A stretch of DNA of 64,000 nucleotides from Candidatus Woesearchaeota archaeon (GTDB lineage: Archaea > Nanobdellota > Nanobdellia > Woesearchaeales > 21-14-0-10-32-9), in assembly GCA_020854775.1 (NCBI GenBank), contig JAHKLZ010000005.1, positions 49,797-113,796 of the forward strand. Reading direction: 5' to 3'. The notes under the pieces were generated by a model. The model did no database searches, was not told the DNA's origin, and worked only from the letters and a program-made list of their open reading frames with translations. This document shows, piece after piece, positions 28,882 through 38,053 of this stretch. The position numbers were made by a program, and so were the translations under genes. The stretch's first letter is position 1. Every line of letters starts with the position of its first letter.

Positions 28882-29634
28882 TTGAGTATATTTTTAAATT
28901 GTGAGTTATTTCTTTTTTTTATGGTTAAAGTTAGGGTTCAGAAGATTATTTGTAATAATTCTAGTGTTTCTAGGAGGAAAGCTGAGGATTTGATTAGGGA
29001 AGGTCGTGTTTTTGTTAATGGTGAAGTAGCTGTTCTGGGTTCTGTTGCTGATCCTTTAGTTGATGAAGTCAGGGTTGATAAAGACGTTGTGCGCGTTGTT
29101 AAAAAAGTTTATTTGTTGATGAATAAGCCTGCTGGATTAGTGACTAGTGTTTTTGATCCTAATGAGCGAACCATTATGAGTGTTTTACCTGATAAGTTTA
29201 AGGATCTTAATGTGTATCCTGTTGGTAGACTTGATAAGGATACTACTGGTTTGTTAATTCTTACTAATGATGGTGACTTCGCGAATTACGTTATGCATCC
29301 GTCTAATAATATTAAGAAGACTTATGATGGGGTGTGTCTTGGTAATTTGTCTAAGAATGACATCGTCGCGTTAAGAACAGGTATTAAATTAGATGAAGGT
29401 ATTGCTAAATGTGACATCAAGATTATTCCTAGTGTTGAGCAAACTGTTTTTGAAATCGTTCTTGAGACTGGCTGGAACAGGCAGATTCGTAGGATGTTTG
29501 ATGCTTTGAATCATGAAGTTGTGAGTCTTCGTAGGATTAAGATTGGTGGTTTGTCTTTGGATATTCTTGGTAATAACGTTGTTAAAGAATTTTCTAAGGA
29601 AGAGCTTGAGAAAAGATTAAACAATAAGAAATAA
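28882..29634 (+). CDS. RsuA/RluB-family pseudouridine synthase (S4 domain + PseudoU_synth_2)
   Basis: S4-like N-terminus and catalytic block VGRLDKDTTGLLILTNDG. An alternative start is at 28921. Confidence 0.75.
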   Translation: MSIFLNCELFLFFMVKVRVQKIICNNSSVSRRKAEDLIREGRVFVNGEVAVLGSVADPLVDEVRVDKDVVRVVKKVYLLMNKPAGLVTSVFDPNERTIMSVLPDKFKDLNVYPVGRLDKDTTGLLILTNDGDFANYVMHPSNNIKKTYDGVCLGNLSKNDIVALRTGIKLDEGIAKCDIKIIPSVEQTVFEIVLETGWNRQIRRMFDALNHEVVSLRRIKIGGLSLDILGNNVVKEFSKEELEKRLNNKK

Positions 29635-29636
29635 AT

Positions 29637-29664
29637 AAAAAAAAAAAAAAAAAAAAAAAAAAAA
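29637..29664 (-). terminator. T28 homopolymer (A28 on top strand), intrinsic terminator for the minus-strand HAD gene
   Basis: A 28-nt A run lies between two convergent genes. Archaeal termination uses oligo-T on the sense strand. Confidence 0.5.
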
Positions 29665-29680
29665 TGAAATTATTAGGTGC

Positions 29681-30328
29681 TTATTTTTTTAGTTGTTCTT
29701 CTAATTCTGTTAATAACAATATCTTGTTATCGTATTCTCTGTTGTCTTTTCTGTCTAATAGCAATCCTTGTATTCCTGCTTTCTCAGCTGCTTCCATGTC
29801 GCTATGCACCGAGTCCCCTATCATTAGTATTTCTTCTTTTTCTACTTTTAGATCCTTAGCTATTTTTTCGAATGACTCAGAATTTATTTTTAATAGTCCT
29901 GTTTCGAATGATGGGTAAACAGCGTCGAATAACTCTGATAATTGGTGTTTGTGTTCTAATTGTTCGTATGCGAATTGATCTATGTTTGCTAGTAGCACTG
30001 TTTTGTATTTCTTTTTTCTTAGTTCTTCTAGTACTGGTTTTACGTCTTCGTACATCTCTGATAATATAACGTTTTTGTTCCACATCCCTATCATTTTTTC
30101 ATAGACAAAATCAGGTATTCTTAAGTTAAAATCTTTAACTACGTGTTCGAATCCTTGTTTTAATGATTCGAATTTTCGAGTCATGAAGCTATGCTCAAAC
30201 GCTAACACGAAGTCTGAGAATGACTCTCTCACTCTTAAGAAATATTTTATTTGTCGGCTCGGACTTGGTTTCACTCCTGTTTCGACTATGGTTCCCCATA
30301 AATCAAAAACTAATACTTTTTTCTTCAT
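29681..30328 (-). CDS. HAD-superfamily hydrolase
   Basis: Motif I VFDLWGTI and motif IV IGDSVHSDMEAAEKAGI. Confidence 0.65.
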   Translation of the reverse strand: MKKKVLVFDLWGTIVETGVKPSPSRQIKYFLRVRESFSDFVLAFEHSFMTRKFESLKQGFEHVVKDFNLRIPDFVYEKMIGMWNKNVILSEMYEDVKPVLEELRKKKYKTVLLANIDQFAYEQLEHKHQLSELFDAVYPSFETGLLKINSESFEKIAKDLKVEKEEILMIGDSVHSDMEAAEKAGIQGLLLDRKDNREYDNKILLLTELEEQLKK

Positions 30329-30427
30329 TTCTTTTTCCTCCTTGAAAAAAAGCGTTATGCTTCTTTTTGAACATGAATCCTTTTAAGGATTAACGAATAA
30401 CTTTTTTTTATTAATTATTTTTATTAA

Positions 30428-30778
30428 TTATTTATCTCTGTGTTCCACTTCGTATTGGTACGCTTTTAACTCTATCTTGTTTTCATCCCTTATTATGTAT
30501 AATTCTTCCAAGTCATTTATAACAGTGTGTTCACCCGCTAAATAATAAGAAACATTCAATCTTCTTATTCTAACTTTCTCTATGTTTGTAAACTCGTAAA
30601 TCGTGTGTGGAAAAACACTTGGTGACTTATGCGGATTATTAACGTCAAATAATTTTATTACGAGCACAGGATAATCATCGTTTTGTGAGCCGTACTTCTT
30701 ACACGGCTTACTGCATATTAATACACTGGTTGTTTTGACTCTTATGTTCTTTTCTTTAGGGTCAATATGCGTCTTCAT
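30428..30778 (-). CDS. hypothetical protein (116 aa)
   Basis: ORF only. No motif recognised. Confidence 0.3.
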   Translation of the reverse strand: MKTHIDPKEKNIRVKTTSVLICSKPCKKYGSQNDDYPVLVIKLFDVNNPHKSPSVFPHTIYEFTNIEKVRIRRLNVSYYLAGEHTVINDLEELYIIRDENKIELKAYQYEVEHRDK

Positions 30779-30835
30779 TCCTTGAAGTATTGTTATTAAT
30801 TATAAAAAGTTTGTGAATAACTCGTTTTCCTCTAA

Positions 30836-30897
30836 GATGGACTCTGCGATATCCTCAACACTTGTTTCAGGACCGCAAACTCCTGATGGACTCTGCG
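30836..30897. repeat. 13-bp direct repeat (GATGGACTCTGCG) copying the tRNA-Ala 3' end, copies at 30836-30848 and 30885-30897
   Basis: Exact duplicate of the acceptor-3'/discriminator region about 50 bp downstream of the tRNA. A hairpin (CAGGA...UCCUG) lies between the copies. Confidence 0.5.
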
Positions 30898-30995
30898 GGA
30901 TTTGAACCCGCGGCCTCACGATCTTTGGACAAAAAAAATTTTTTTTATTCTTTTGTGTGCCAACCGAGCGCTCTACCAGACTGAGCTAAGAGCCC
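30887..30995 (-). tRNA. tRNA-Ala (anticodon GGC) with a ~35-nt intron at 37/38
   Basis: G3:U70 identity pair (GGGCUCU/AGAGUCC), discriminator A, anticodon loop UUGGCA|A, T-loop UUCAAAU. The anticodon stem has one U:U mismatch. The intron carries A8/U8 self-complementarity. Confidence 0.55.
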
Positions 30996-31225
30996 CTACT
31001 TATTGCTTAACTTCGGGCTCGACCGAAGGAAGACCCACTCGGCATCAACGGACGAAACCGTTGGAGCTAAGAGCCCCTACTTATTGCTTAACTTCGGGCT
31101 CGACCGAAGGAAGACCCACTCGGCATCAACGGACGAAACCGTTGGAGCTAAGAGCCCCTACTTATTGCTTAACTTTGGGCTCGACCGAAGGAAGACCCAC
31201 TCGGCATCAACGGACGAAACCGTTG
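30983..31225. repeat. 3 x 81-bp perfect tandem repeat (one C>T difference in copy 3)
   Basis: Each unit ends with the first 13 nt of the tRNA-Ala gene (GGGCUCUUAGCUC in tRNA sense). It also holds the upstream leader, with two 6-bp stem hairpins (CAACGG..CCGUUG and CUUCGG..CCGAAG) and a GAGCCC block complementary to the tRNA 5' acceptor strand. Confidence 0.8.
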
Positions 31226-31274
31226 GTTGTAAAAGTCGAAGTTTTTATAAAGATTTCTCACTCACTATTGTTTT

Positions 31275-32957
31275 ATGGTTTTTAGTATTGAGCAAAGGGA
31301 TTTGATGTTTAAGCTCGCGTTGAAGAATGCTGTTAAGCATGATGGTTCTGCTAATCCTAAGGCTTTGATTGGTGGTTTTCTTGGTGAGTTTCCTGATGCG
31401 CGTAAGGATATGAAGTCTTTGGTTGTTGAGTTAGGTGTTGTTGCAGGCGAAGTTAATAGTCTTGGTTTGGATGTTCAAAAGGAGAAGCTTCTTGAATTGG
31501 AACCTGATGTTTTTGTTAAGAAGGAGAGGAATATTTTTGATTTTCTAGGCATTTCAGAGGGTGAGTTTGTTAAGACCGCGTTTCCTCCTGGTCCTGAGAA
31601 GCATCCTCATATTGGTCATGCTAAATCTTTATTATTGAATTATTTGCTTGCTAAACAATACAACGGCGAATTTTGTTTGCGTTTTGAGGATACTAATCCT
31701 GATTTGGTTAGGGCTGAGTTTTATGATATTATGTTGAAGGATTTTGGTTGGCTCGGTGTGTCTTGGGATGAGTTGGTTTTTGCTTCTGATTTTATGGATT
31801 TGTATTATGAGCATTGTGAATCTTTGTTAAAGGATGATAAGGCGTATGTTTGTTCTTGTAAATCTGAGGATATTAAGGTTCAAAGGGAAACTGGTGTTCC
31901 TTGTTCTTGTCGTGGTAATTCGTCTGTTAAGAATCTTGAGTTATGGGATTTGATGAAGACTTCTATGAGTCCTGGTGATGCTACTGTTCGTTTGAAAATT
32001 GATTTGTTGCATAAGAATAGTACTATGCGTGATCCTAGTATTTTTCGTGTTAATTTGAATGAACATGCTCGTCATGGTTCTAAGTATAGGGTGTGGCCTA
32101 ATTATGATTTTCAAAATAGCATCATGGATGGTTATTTTAAGATTACTCATCGTATTAGGAGTAAGGAGTTTGAGATGAGGAATGAGCTTCAAAGATTTAT
32201 TCAGCGTTTGTTTGGTTATGATGAAACTAAGATTTTTGAGATGGCGAGGTTTAATATTGAGGGTGCTGAAGCGTCTGGTAGGGTTATTCGTGAGATGATT
32301 AAGAATAATGAGTTGATTGGTTGGGATGATCCTTCTCTTATTACTCTTTGTGCTCTTCGTCGTAGGGGTTTTCTTCCTAGGGCTATTGAGAATTTCGTTG
32401 TTAGTACTGGTATTTCTAAGAGTGAATCTGTTTTGACTTGGGATGATTTGATTGTTCAGAATCGTAGATTATTGGATGAGTCTTCTGATAGGTTTTTCTT
32501 TGTTTCTGATCCTGTTAAGTTAGAAGTTGTGGGTGCTCCGAGTAAGAGTTTTGAGTTGAATCTTCATCCTATGCACAGGAAGGGTGGTCGTTTGTTTAAT
32601 ACAAAGGATGTGTTCTTTGTTTCGCGTAAAGATTTTGATTCTTTTAAGAGTGGTGTTTACAGGTTTATTGAATTGTTTAATTTTGAGTTTGACTTTGAAA
32701 GTAAGGTGGCTAAGTTCTTGGATGAAGATGTTAAAACGTTTAAGGAAAAAGGTAAGAGTATGCTTCATTATTTGCCTGTTTCAAGCGGTGTTGAAGCTGA
32801 GGTTTTAATGCCTGATAAAGAAGTTGTTAAGGGTTTGTGTGAAGAAAACGTAAAGAAAGCGAGAGTTGGTGATGTTGTTCAGTTCGAGCGTTTCGGGTTT
32901 TGTCGCTTGGATAAAGTTGAAGGTAATAAATACTTTTTTTGGTTTACTCATTCTTAG
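31275..32957 (+). CDS. gltX: glutamyl-tRNA synthetase (archaeal/eukaryotic type)
   Basis: HIGH motif (HPHIGHAKS) and RFEDTNP. The N-terminal extension is like methanogen GluRS. Confidence 0.85.
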   Translation: MVFSIEQRDLMFKLALKNAVKHDGSANPKALIGGFLGEFPDARKDMKSLVVELGVVAGEVNSLGLDVQKEKLLELEPDVFVKKERNIFDFLGISEGEFVKTAFPPGPEKHPHIGHAKSLLLNYLLAKQYNGEFCLRFEDTNPDLVRAEFYDIMLKDFGWLGVSWDELVFASDFMDLYYEHCESLLKDDKAYVCSCKSEDIKVQRETGVPCSCRGNSSVKNLELWDLMKTSMSPGDATVRLKIDLLHKNSTMRDPSIFRVNLNEHARHGSKYRVWPNYDFQNSIMDGYFKITHRIRSKEFEMRNELQRFIQRLFGYDETKIFEMARFNIEGAEASGRVIREMIKNNELIGWDDPSLITLCALRRRGFLPRAIENFVVSTGISKSESVLTWDDLIVQNRRLLDESSDRFFFVSDPVKLEVVGAPSKSFELNLHPMHRKGGRLFNTKDVFFVSRKDFDSFKSGVYRFIELFNFEFDFESKVAKFLDEDVKTFKEKGKSMLHYLPVSSGVEAEVLMPDKEVVKGLCEENVKKARVGDVVQFERFGFCRLDKVEGNKYFFWFTHS

Positions 32958-33025
32958 GTTTTCGTTTGTTTTTCCGGTTTTTTACTCGTAATCATTATTA
33001 AAATAAGACCTGTTCTTTTCAGTGT

Positions 33026-33574
33026 ATGAATGAAGTAGAAATATCTATTAAACAAAAGATTCGCAATATTCGTGGTAAGCAAGTAATGCTTGATTCTGAT
33101 TTAGCAGAGCTTTATGGTGTGTCCACAACTAGATTAAATGAGCAAGTTAAAAGGAACATTGAGCGTTTTCCAGAGGATTTCATGTTTCAATTAAGTGAAT
33201 CTGATTTTGAGATTTTGCGGTCGCAAATTGCGACAGCAAATATTAGTTGGATTAAAAAAAGATTTTTACCTTTTGCTTTCACAGAGCAGGGCGTGGCTAT
33301 GCTTTCTAGTGTTTTGCGTAGTAAAAAAGCTGTTGAGGTTAATGTTAAGATTATGCGTGCTTTTATTGATATGCGTCGTTTTTTATTTCAAAATGTTGAT
33401 GTTTTTGAGAAATTTCATAGGATTAATCAAAAATTTTTAGCTTATGATGATAATTTTAATAAGATTTTTGAGGCGATGGAACAAAAAAGATTTCCTGTGC
33501 GGGGTATTTTTTTTGATGGTCAGGTTTTTGATGCTTTTTTGTTTGTTTCTGATTTGATTAAAAAAGCGAAGTGA
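33026..33574 (+). CDS. ORF6N-domain (phage/ICE-associated) DNA-binding protein
   Basis: Near-consensus ORF6N block (IRGKQVMLDSDLAELYGV..LNEQVKRNIERFPEDFMFQLS). Ends at a single TGA. Composition is A-rich and atypical for a plus-strand gene. Confidence 0.7.
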   Translation: MNEVEISIKQKIRNIRGKQVMLDSDLAELYGVSTTRLNEQVKRNIERFPEDFMFQLSESDFEILRSQIATANISWIKKRFLPFAFTEQGVAMLSSVLRSKKAVEVNVKIMRAFIDMRRFLFQNVDVFEKFHRINQKFLAYDDNFNKIFEAMEQKRFPVRGIFFDGQVFDAFLFVSDLIKKAK

Positions 33575-33598
33575 GAAATTATTCTTATTGATAATTAT

Positions 33599-33883
33599 GT
33601 GGATGAGAACACTTTGAAGTTATTTTCTGATAAAGCAAAGGGTGTTTCAGTGAAGATTTATACTAAGAATTTGTCTAGTAAATTGTTGTTTGCGAAAGAT
33701 AAATTTAATGAACAATTTGGTGGTTGGGAAATTGTTGAATTTGGTTTAAGTCATGATCGTTTTTTGATTATTAATGGTGATTTGTTTCATTTCGGGGCGA
33801 GTTTGAAAGACCTCGGCAAAAAATGGTTTGCTTTCTCTAAGCTTGGTATTGGTTCTGATTTTGTTTTGTCAAGAATTAATTAA
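33599..33883 (+). CDS. hypothetical 94-aa ORF in the same frame as the ORF6N gene, separated by one TGA (possible C-terminal part)
   Basis: Both ORFs are in frame 2. The only stop between 33026 and 33883 is the TGA at 33572-33574. The intervening codons read EIILIDNYV. Confidence 0.35.
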   Translation: MDENTLKLFSDKAKGVSVKIYTKNLSSKLLFAKDKFNEQFGGWEIVEFGLSHDRFLIINGDLFHFGASLKDLGKKWFAFSKLGIGSDFVLSRIN

Positions 33884-33951
33884 CTTGATTTTAGTTTTTT
33901 TGTAGTTTTTTTTTGAATTGATTTTAGATTGGTTTTTTGTTAGTTTGTTTT

Positions 33952-35037
33952 TCATCGTAGGTGTATTTCGAGTATGTCTTTGTCTTTTAGGATGTGTTTT
34001 AGGCTTTGTTTTTGTCCTGGGAACTTCGCGGATTCTCCCCATATCCTGCAGAATTTGAATTTGCTTATGAAGTCTTTGTGTAGTTTGCTGCATACGTCTC
34101 TTACTGTGCTTTTTTTTGCTATTATTAGTGGTATGTCTAGGTCTGGTTCTTTTCCTGGTTCTTTCATGTATATCCTGATGAGGTTTAGTTTTGTGTAGAT
34201 TAGGTCTTTTAGTTCTTCTATGTGATATTTTTTTTCTGCGCTTATTTTTAGGTCCGCTTTTATTTTTTTTGCGACGCGTTCTGCTTCTTCTTTTGTTACC
34301 ATGTCTACTTTGTTTAGGATCGTGATTGAGGGTACGAATATTTTGTTTGCTTCTATGCAGTCTATTAGTTGGTCTACGTTTATTTGGCTTCTTATGACTA
34401 CGTCTGCGTTGTTTATTCTGAATGTTTTTAGTACTTCTTTTATTGTGTCATCGTCTAGTTCTAGTTTCACTGTTTTGCTTATTTTTATTCCGTCTTTGCT
34501 GGTTTTTTTTATTTTTACGTCTGGTTTTTCTTGGTTTATTCTGATTCCTGAATCGTTTATTTCTTTTAGGATGGCTTCGTAGTGGTTCGGGTTGTTCACA
34601 TCTATTAATATTAGGATTAGATCTGCGCTTCTTAGTACTGAGAATACTTCTGTTCCTCTTCCTCGCCCCGTGGCTGCGCCGTGTACGATTCCTGGTACGT
34701 CTAGGATTTGTATTTTTGCGTGTTCGTAATCTAGCATTCCTGGTACTGTTGTTAAAGTGGTGAATGCGTATGCGCCTACTTCTGAGTCCGCGTCTGTTAA
34801 GTTGTTTAGTAATGTGCTTTTTCCTACGCTTGGGAATCCTAGTAGTACTACTGTGCCGTCGCCTGTTTTTCTTACTGCGAAGCCTTCTCCTCCGCCTCCT
34901 CCGCTTCTGCTTGCTTCTTTTTCTTTTAGCTTTGCGAGTTGTGCTTTGTAGATTCCTATGGCTTTTTGGGTTCTTTTGTTGTATTGTGAATTAGCTATTA
35001 AGTCTTCTAGTTCTTTTATCTTGTCTTCGTTTCCCAC
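33952..35037 (-). CDS. DRG/Obg-like GTPase with TGS domain
   Basis: G1 motif GFPSVGKSTLL and G3 motif DVPGIV. Gly-rich linker and C-terminal TGS-like region. Confidence 0.8.
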   Translation of the reverse strand: MGNEDKIKELEDLIANSQYNKRTQKAIGIYKAQLAKLKEKEASRSGGGGGEGFAVRKTGDGTVVLLGFPSVGKSTLLNNLTDADSEVGAYAFTTLTTVPGMLDYEHAKIQILDVPGIVHGAATGRGRGTEVFSVLRSADLILILIDVNNPNHYEAILKEINDSGIRINQEKPDVKIKKTSKDGIKISKTVKLELDDDTIKEVLKTFRINNADVVIRSQINVDQLIDCIEANKIFVPSITILNKVDMVTKEEAERVAKKIKADLKISAEKKYHIEELKDLIYTKLNLIRIYMKEPGKEPDLDIPLIIAKKSTVRDVCSKLHKDFISKFKFCRIWGESAKFPGQKQSLKHILKDKDILEIHLR

Positions 35038-35161
35038 AGTACTTGTGATTTAGAAGTATTATTTAAATCTTGATGTTTATATTCTTTAAAACGTGGTTCG
35101 TTATTTTTCTTAAAATATTTGTTTATGAATATTTAAATATTGTTCGGGTTTTCTTTTTTTT

Positions 35162-35911
35162 ATGAAGAAGATGTTTATGTTTTTTATTGGTTTATTTGTT
35201 GCTTTGAGTGCTTTCTTCGTTGTTTTACTTGATTATCAGAGTAGTTATGTTTTGATTTCTACTTTGTTCATGGTTGTTTTGGCTATTCCTTGTTATTGTT
35301 ATTTTGTTAAAGCAACTAAGCGTAAGGGATTAGTTGTTTTGTTGTTGCTTTCTTTTTTTTCTATGTTCATTGAGACTCTTGGTGTTGTTACTGGTTTTCC
35401 TTATGGTTTTTTTAATTACACTGATAAGCTTGGTTTTTTTGTTGGTGTTATTCCTTGGACTGTTAGTTTTGGTTGGGTTCCTTTGGTTATTGCTTCTTGG
35501 TTTTTGACTGAGGATTTTTTTAATAATAAGTCTTGGATTAATAAGAATAATCGTGATTGGTTTTTGTTGTTAAAAAAAGTCGTTGTTGGTGGTTTTGTTT
35601 TAATGGTTTTTGATTTGGTTCTTGATCCTGGTTCTATTAGTATTAATTTTTGGGAGTGGGGTATTAATGGTTTTTATTATGGTATTCCTTTTAGTAATTT
35701 CCTTGGATGGATTTTTTCTGGTGCTATAGGTGTTTTAATTATTTATTTGTTTGTTAAAGATAAATTCGGGATGAGTAGTAATGTTTTGTTTAGTGCTTTT
35801 TTTGGTAATTTGTTTTGGACCGTGATTGTTATTATGCAAGGCTTTGTTGTTCCTTCAATTATTGGTGTTTCGTTATTGTTTTACTTAGGTCATAAGTTAA
35901 TGAAGAAATAA
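35162..35911 (+). CDS. polytopic membrane protein, function unknown
   Basis: 249 aa with about 7 TM helices and Trp-rich loops. No confident family. Confidence 0.35.
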   Translation: MKKMFMFFIGLFVALSAFFVVLLDYQSSYVLISTLFMVVLAIPCYCYFVKATKRKGLVVLLLLSFFSMFIETLGVVTGFPYGFFNYTDKLGFFVGVIPWTVSFGWVPLVIASWFLTEDFFNNKSWINKNNRDWFLLLKKVVVGGFVLMVFDLVLDPGSISINFWEWGINGFYYGIPFSNFLGWIFSGAIGVLIIYLFVKDKFGMSSNVLFSAFFGNLFWTVIVIMQGFVVPSIIGVSLLFYLGHKLMKK

Positions 35912-35923
35912 TTTTTGTGTTAG

Positions 35924-37549
35924 TCATAGTTCTTTTGGTTCGTTTCTTGTTTTTTGTTTTTCTGATAGTATGACGTCGTCTATTCTTAGTATCATCGTGG
36001 CTACTTCTGTTGCGCTGTTTATTGCTTGTGATTTTATTTTTAGTGGTTCTATTACTCCTTCTTGCCAAGAATTCATTAATTCTCCGTTAAATACGTTTAT
36101 TCCTTCTTCGTTTTTGTTTGCGTCGTGTGCATGTTTTAATTCTGTTAGCACATTTATAGGGTCTAGTCCCGCGTTTTCTGCTAGTGTTTTTGGTATTATT
36201 TCGAATGCTTCTGCGAAGCTTTGTACTGCTAGTTGTTCTCTTCCTTTTAAGGTGTGTGCATAAATTTTAAGTTTTTTTGACAGCAGGATCTCTGTGCTTC
36301 CTGCGCCTGGTACTGCTTTTTTTGATTGTATCACTGTTGCTACGTCTCCTATTGCGTCTTCAACTGCGCGAGCGGTTTCGTCTGCTACGTGACTCGTTGA
36401 TCCTTTTATTAGGATTGATAGTGTTCTTGGATTCTTACATTCTTTTACTAGCGTTATGTAATCTTCGCCTGTTCTTACTTGTTCTACTATTCCAGCAGTT
36501 CCTATCGTGTTTTCTGCGTCGTCTAAATCACTGATTATTTTTGCGCCTGTTGCTTGGCTTAATTTTTTCATGTCGCTTCTTTTTACTCGTCTAATCGCGT
36601 ATATTCCTTGTTTTGCTAGGAAGTATTGTGCTAAGTCATCTATTCCTTTTTGGCAAAATAACGTATTTGCTCCTGTTTTTTTTACTTTTTCTACTAGGTT
36701 CTTCAGGGTTTTTTCTTCTATGTCTATGAATGATTGCATCATTTCCGGCGTGTTTATTGATATTTTTGTTTCGGAAGCGGTGCTTTTTATTTCTAAAGGC
36801 GTATCTAGTAATAGTATTTTCGCGTTTGTTATTTTTGTTGGCATGTCAGGATGTGTTTTTTCTTTATCTATTATTACGCCTCTTATGAGTTCTGATTCTG
36901 ACGCGTTATTTCCTATTTTTCTTTTTACTGATATGTTGCTTCTTAGATTTGTTTCGTCGCGTGTTGCTAGTTCTAGTAATCCTTCTACTATTATTAGTGA
37001 TAATTTTTCTTTGTTTTCTTCTGCGCCTTTGCCAGTCATAGCTGTTTCTGCTATTTTTATTAGTGTTTCTTTATCTTCTTTGTTTATTGGTTTTGCTGTT
37101 TTTTCTAGTATTCTTAGTGCTTCTTGGTTTGCTAATCTGTATCCTTTCACTATGATTGTTGGATGTATTCCTGAATCTAGTAATTCTTCTGCTTTTTTTA
37201 GTAATTCTCCTGCTAGTACCACCGCCGTTGTGGTTCCGTCGCCTACTTCTTCTTCTTGTGTCTTCGCGATTTCTATTACCATCTTCGCTGATGGGTGATC
37301 TATGTTCATTTCTTTTAGTATTGTGACTCCGTCGTTTGTTACTGTTATGTTTCCTTCTTCGTCTACTAGCATTTTATCCATGCCTTTTGGTCCTAGTGTT
37401 GAGCGCACTGTTTCTGCTATTAATCTCGCTGCTAATATGTTCATTCTTTGTGCGTTTCTTCCTGTGTTTCTTTGTGTGCCTTCTGGTAATATGTATTGTT
37501 CGTGATCTTTTTTGTTTGTCATTTTGATTCTTCCTTTTTTTGAGTTCAT
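35924..37549 (-). CDS. ths: thermosome subunit (group II chaperonin)
   Basis: N-terminal block [44 protein letters not shown] and [15 protein letters not shown]. The true start may be the internal Met at 37522. Confidence 0.92.
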   Translation of the reverse strand: MNSKKGRIKMTNKKDHEQYILPEGTQRNTGRNAQRMNILAARLIAETVRSTLGPKGMDKMLVDEEGNITVTNDGVTILKEMNIDHPSAKMVIEIAKTQEEEVGDGTTTAVVLAGELLKKAEELLDSGIHPTIIVKGYRLANQEALRILEKTAKPINKEDKETLIKIAETAMTGKGAEENKEKLSLIIVEGLLELATRDETNLRSNISVKRKIGNNASESELIRGVIIDKEKTHPDMPTKITNAKILLLDTPLEIKSTASETKISINTPEMMQSFIDIEEKTLKNLVEKVKKTGANTLFCQKGIDDLAQYFLAKQGIYAIRRVKRSDMKKLSQATGAKIISDLDDAENTIGTAGIVEQVRTGEDYITLVKECKNPRTLSILIKGSTSHVADETARAVEDAIGDVATVIQSKKAVPGAGSTEILLSKKLKIYAHTLKGREQLAVQSFAEAFEIIPKTLAENAGLDPINVLTELKHAHDANKNEEGINVFNGELMNSWQEGVIEPLKIKSQAINSATEVATMILRIDDVILSEKQKTRNEPKEL

Positions 37550-37690
37550 AATGTTGTATTAGTTTTGGTAATGTATCTTTATATAAAAGCTTTTTTACGA
37601 GTTCTTTTTTTTGTTATAATCCAAAAGTATTTAATTGAGTTTTTATTATCTTTTTTTTATTATTTTAAAAAAATTGTTTGAGGTATCTTT

Positions 37691-38032
37691 ATGCATGGTA
37701 AATTTTTTTTGGGTAAGTGGGCTTTTATTACTGGTTTAGTTTTGGCTATTATGAGTGGTTTCTTGGTTATTCCTGGTTTGTCTTTGATTCTTTTTCTTTT
37801 GGGTATTAGTGTTGGTTTTATGAATATTAAGAAATCTGAGATTACGCAGTACCTGGTTTCTATTATTGCTTTAATAGTGGTTAGTTCAGGTATTATATTG
37901 ATTGAGCCTTACCTTGGCACTATGGCTACTGGTTTGCTTAAGGGTGTGTTGATGAATTTTAGTGCTTTCGTGTCCGCGTCTGGTTTGGTTATTGCTATTA
38001 GGTCTATTTTGATGCTGGGTAGCGAGGAATAA
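37691..38032 (+). CDS. small membrane protein (3-4 TM)
   Basis: 113-aa hydrophobic ORF. Confidence 0.35.
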   Translation: MHGKFFLGKWAFITGLVLAIMSGFLVIPGLSLILFLLGISVGFMNIKKSEITQYLVSIIALIVVSSGIILIEPYLGTMATGLLKGVLMNFSAFVSASGLVIAIRSILMLGSEE

Positions 38033-38053
38033 TTTTTTTTTGGGGTTCAGGAG

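Noticed and set aside
30983-31225. Considered whether the tandem repeat could be a CRISPR array.
   Set aside because: The units are directly adjacent with no unique spacers, the unit length is 81 bp, and there are no cas genes. The structure is a tandem duplication, not repeat-spacer.
30902-31305. Two ORFs (127 and 100 aa) with internally repetitive protein sequence.
   Set aside because: They read straight through the 3 x 81-bp tandem DNA repeat, and 81 is a multiple of 3. They overlap the tRNA-Ala gene. They are artefacts of the repeat, not genes.
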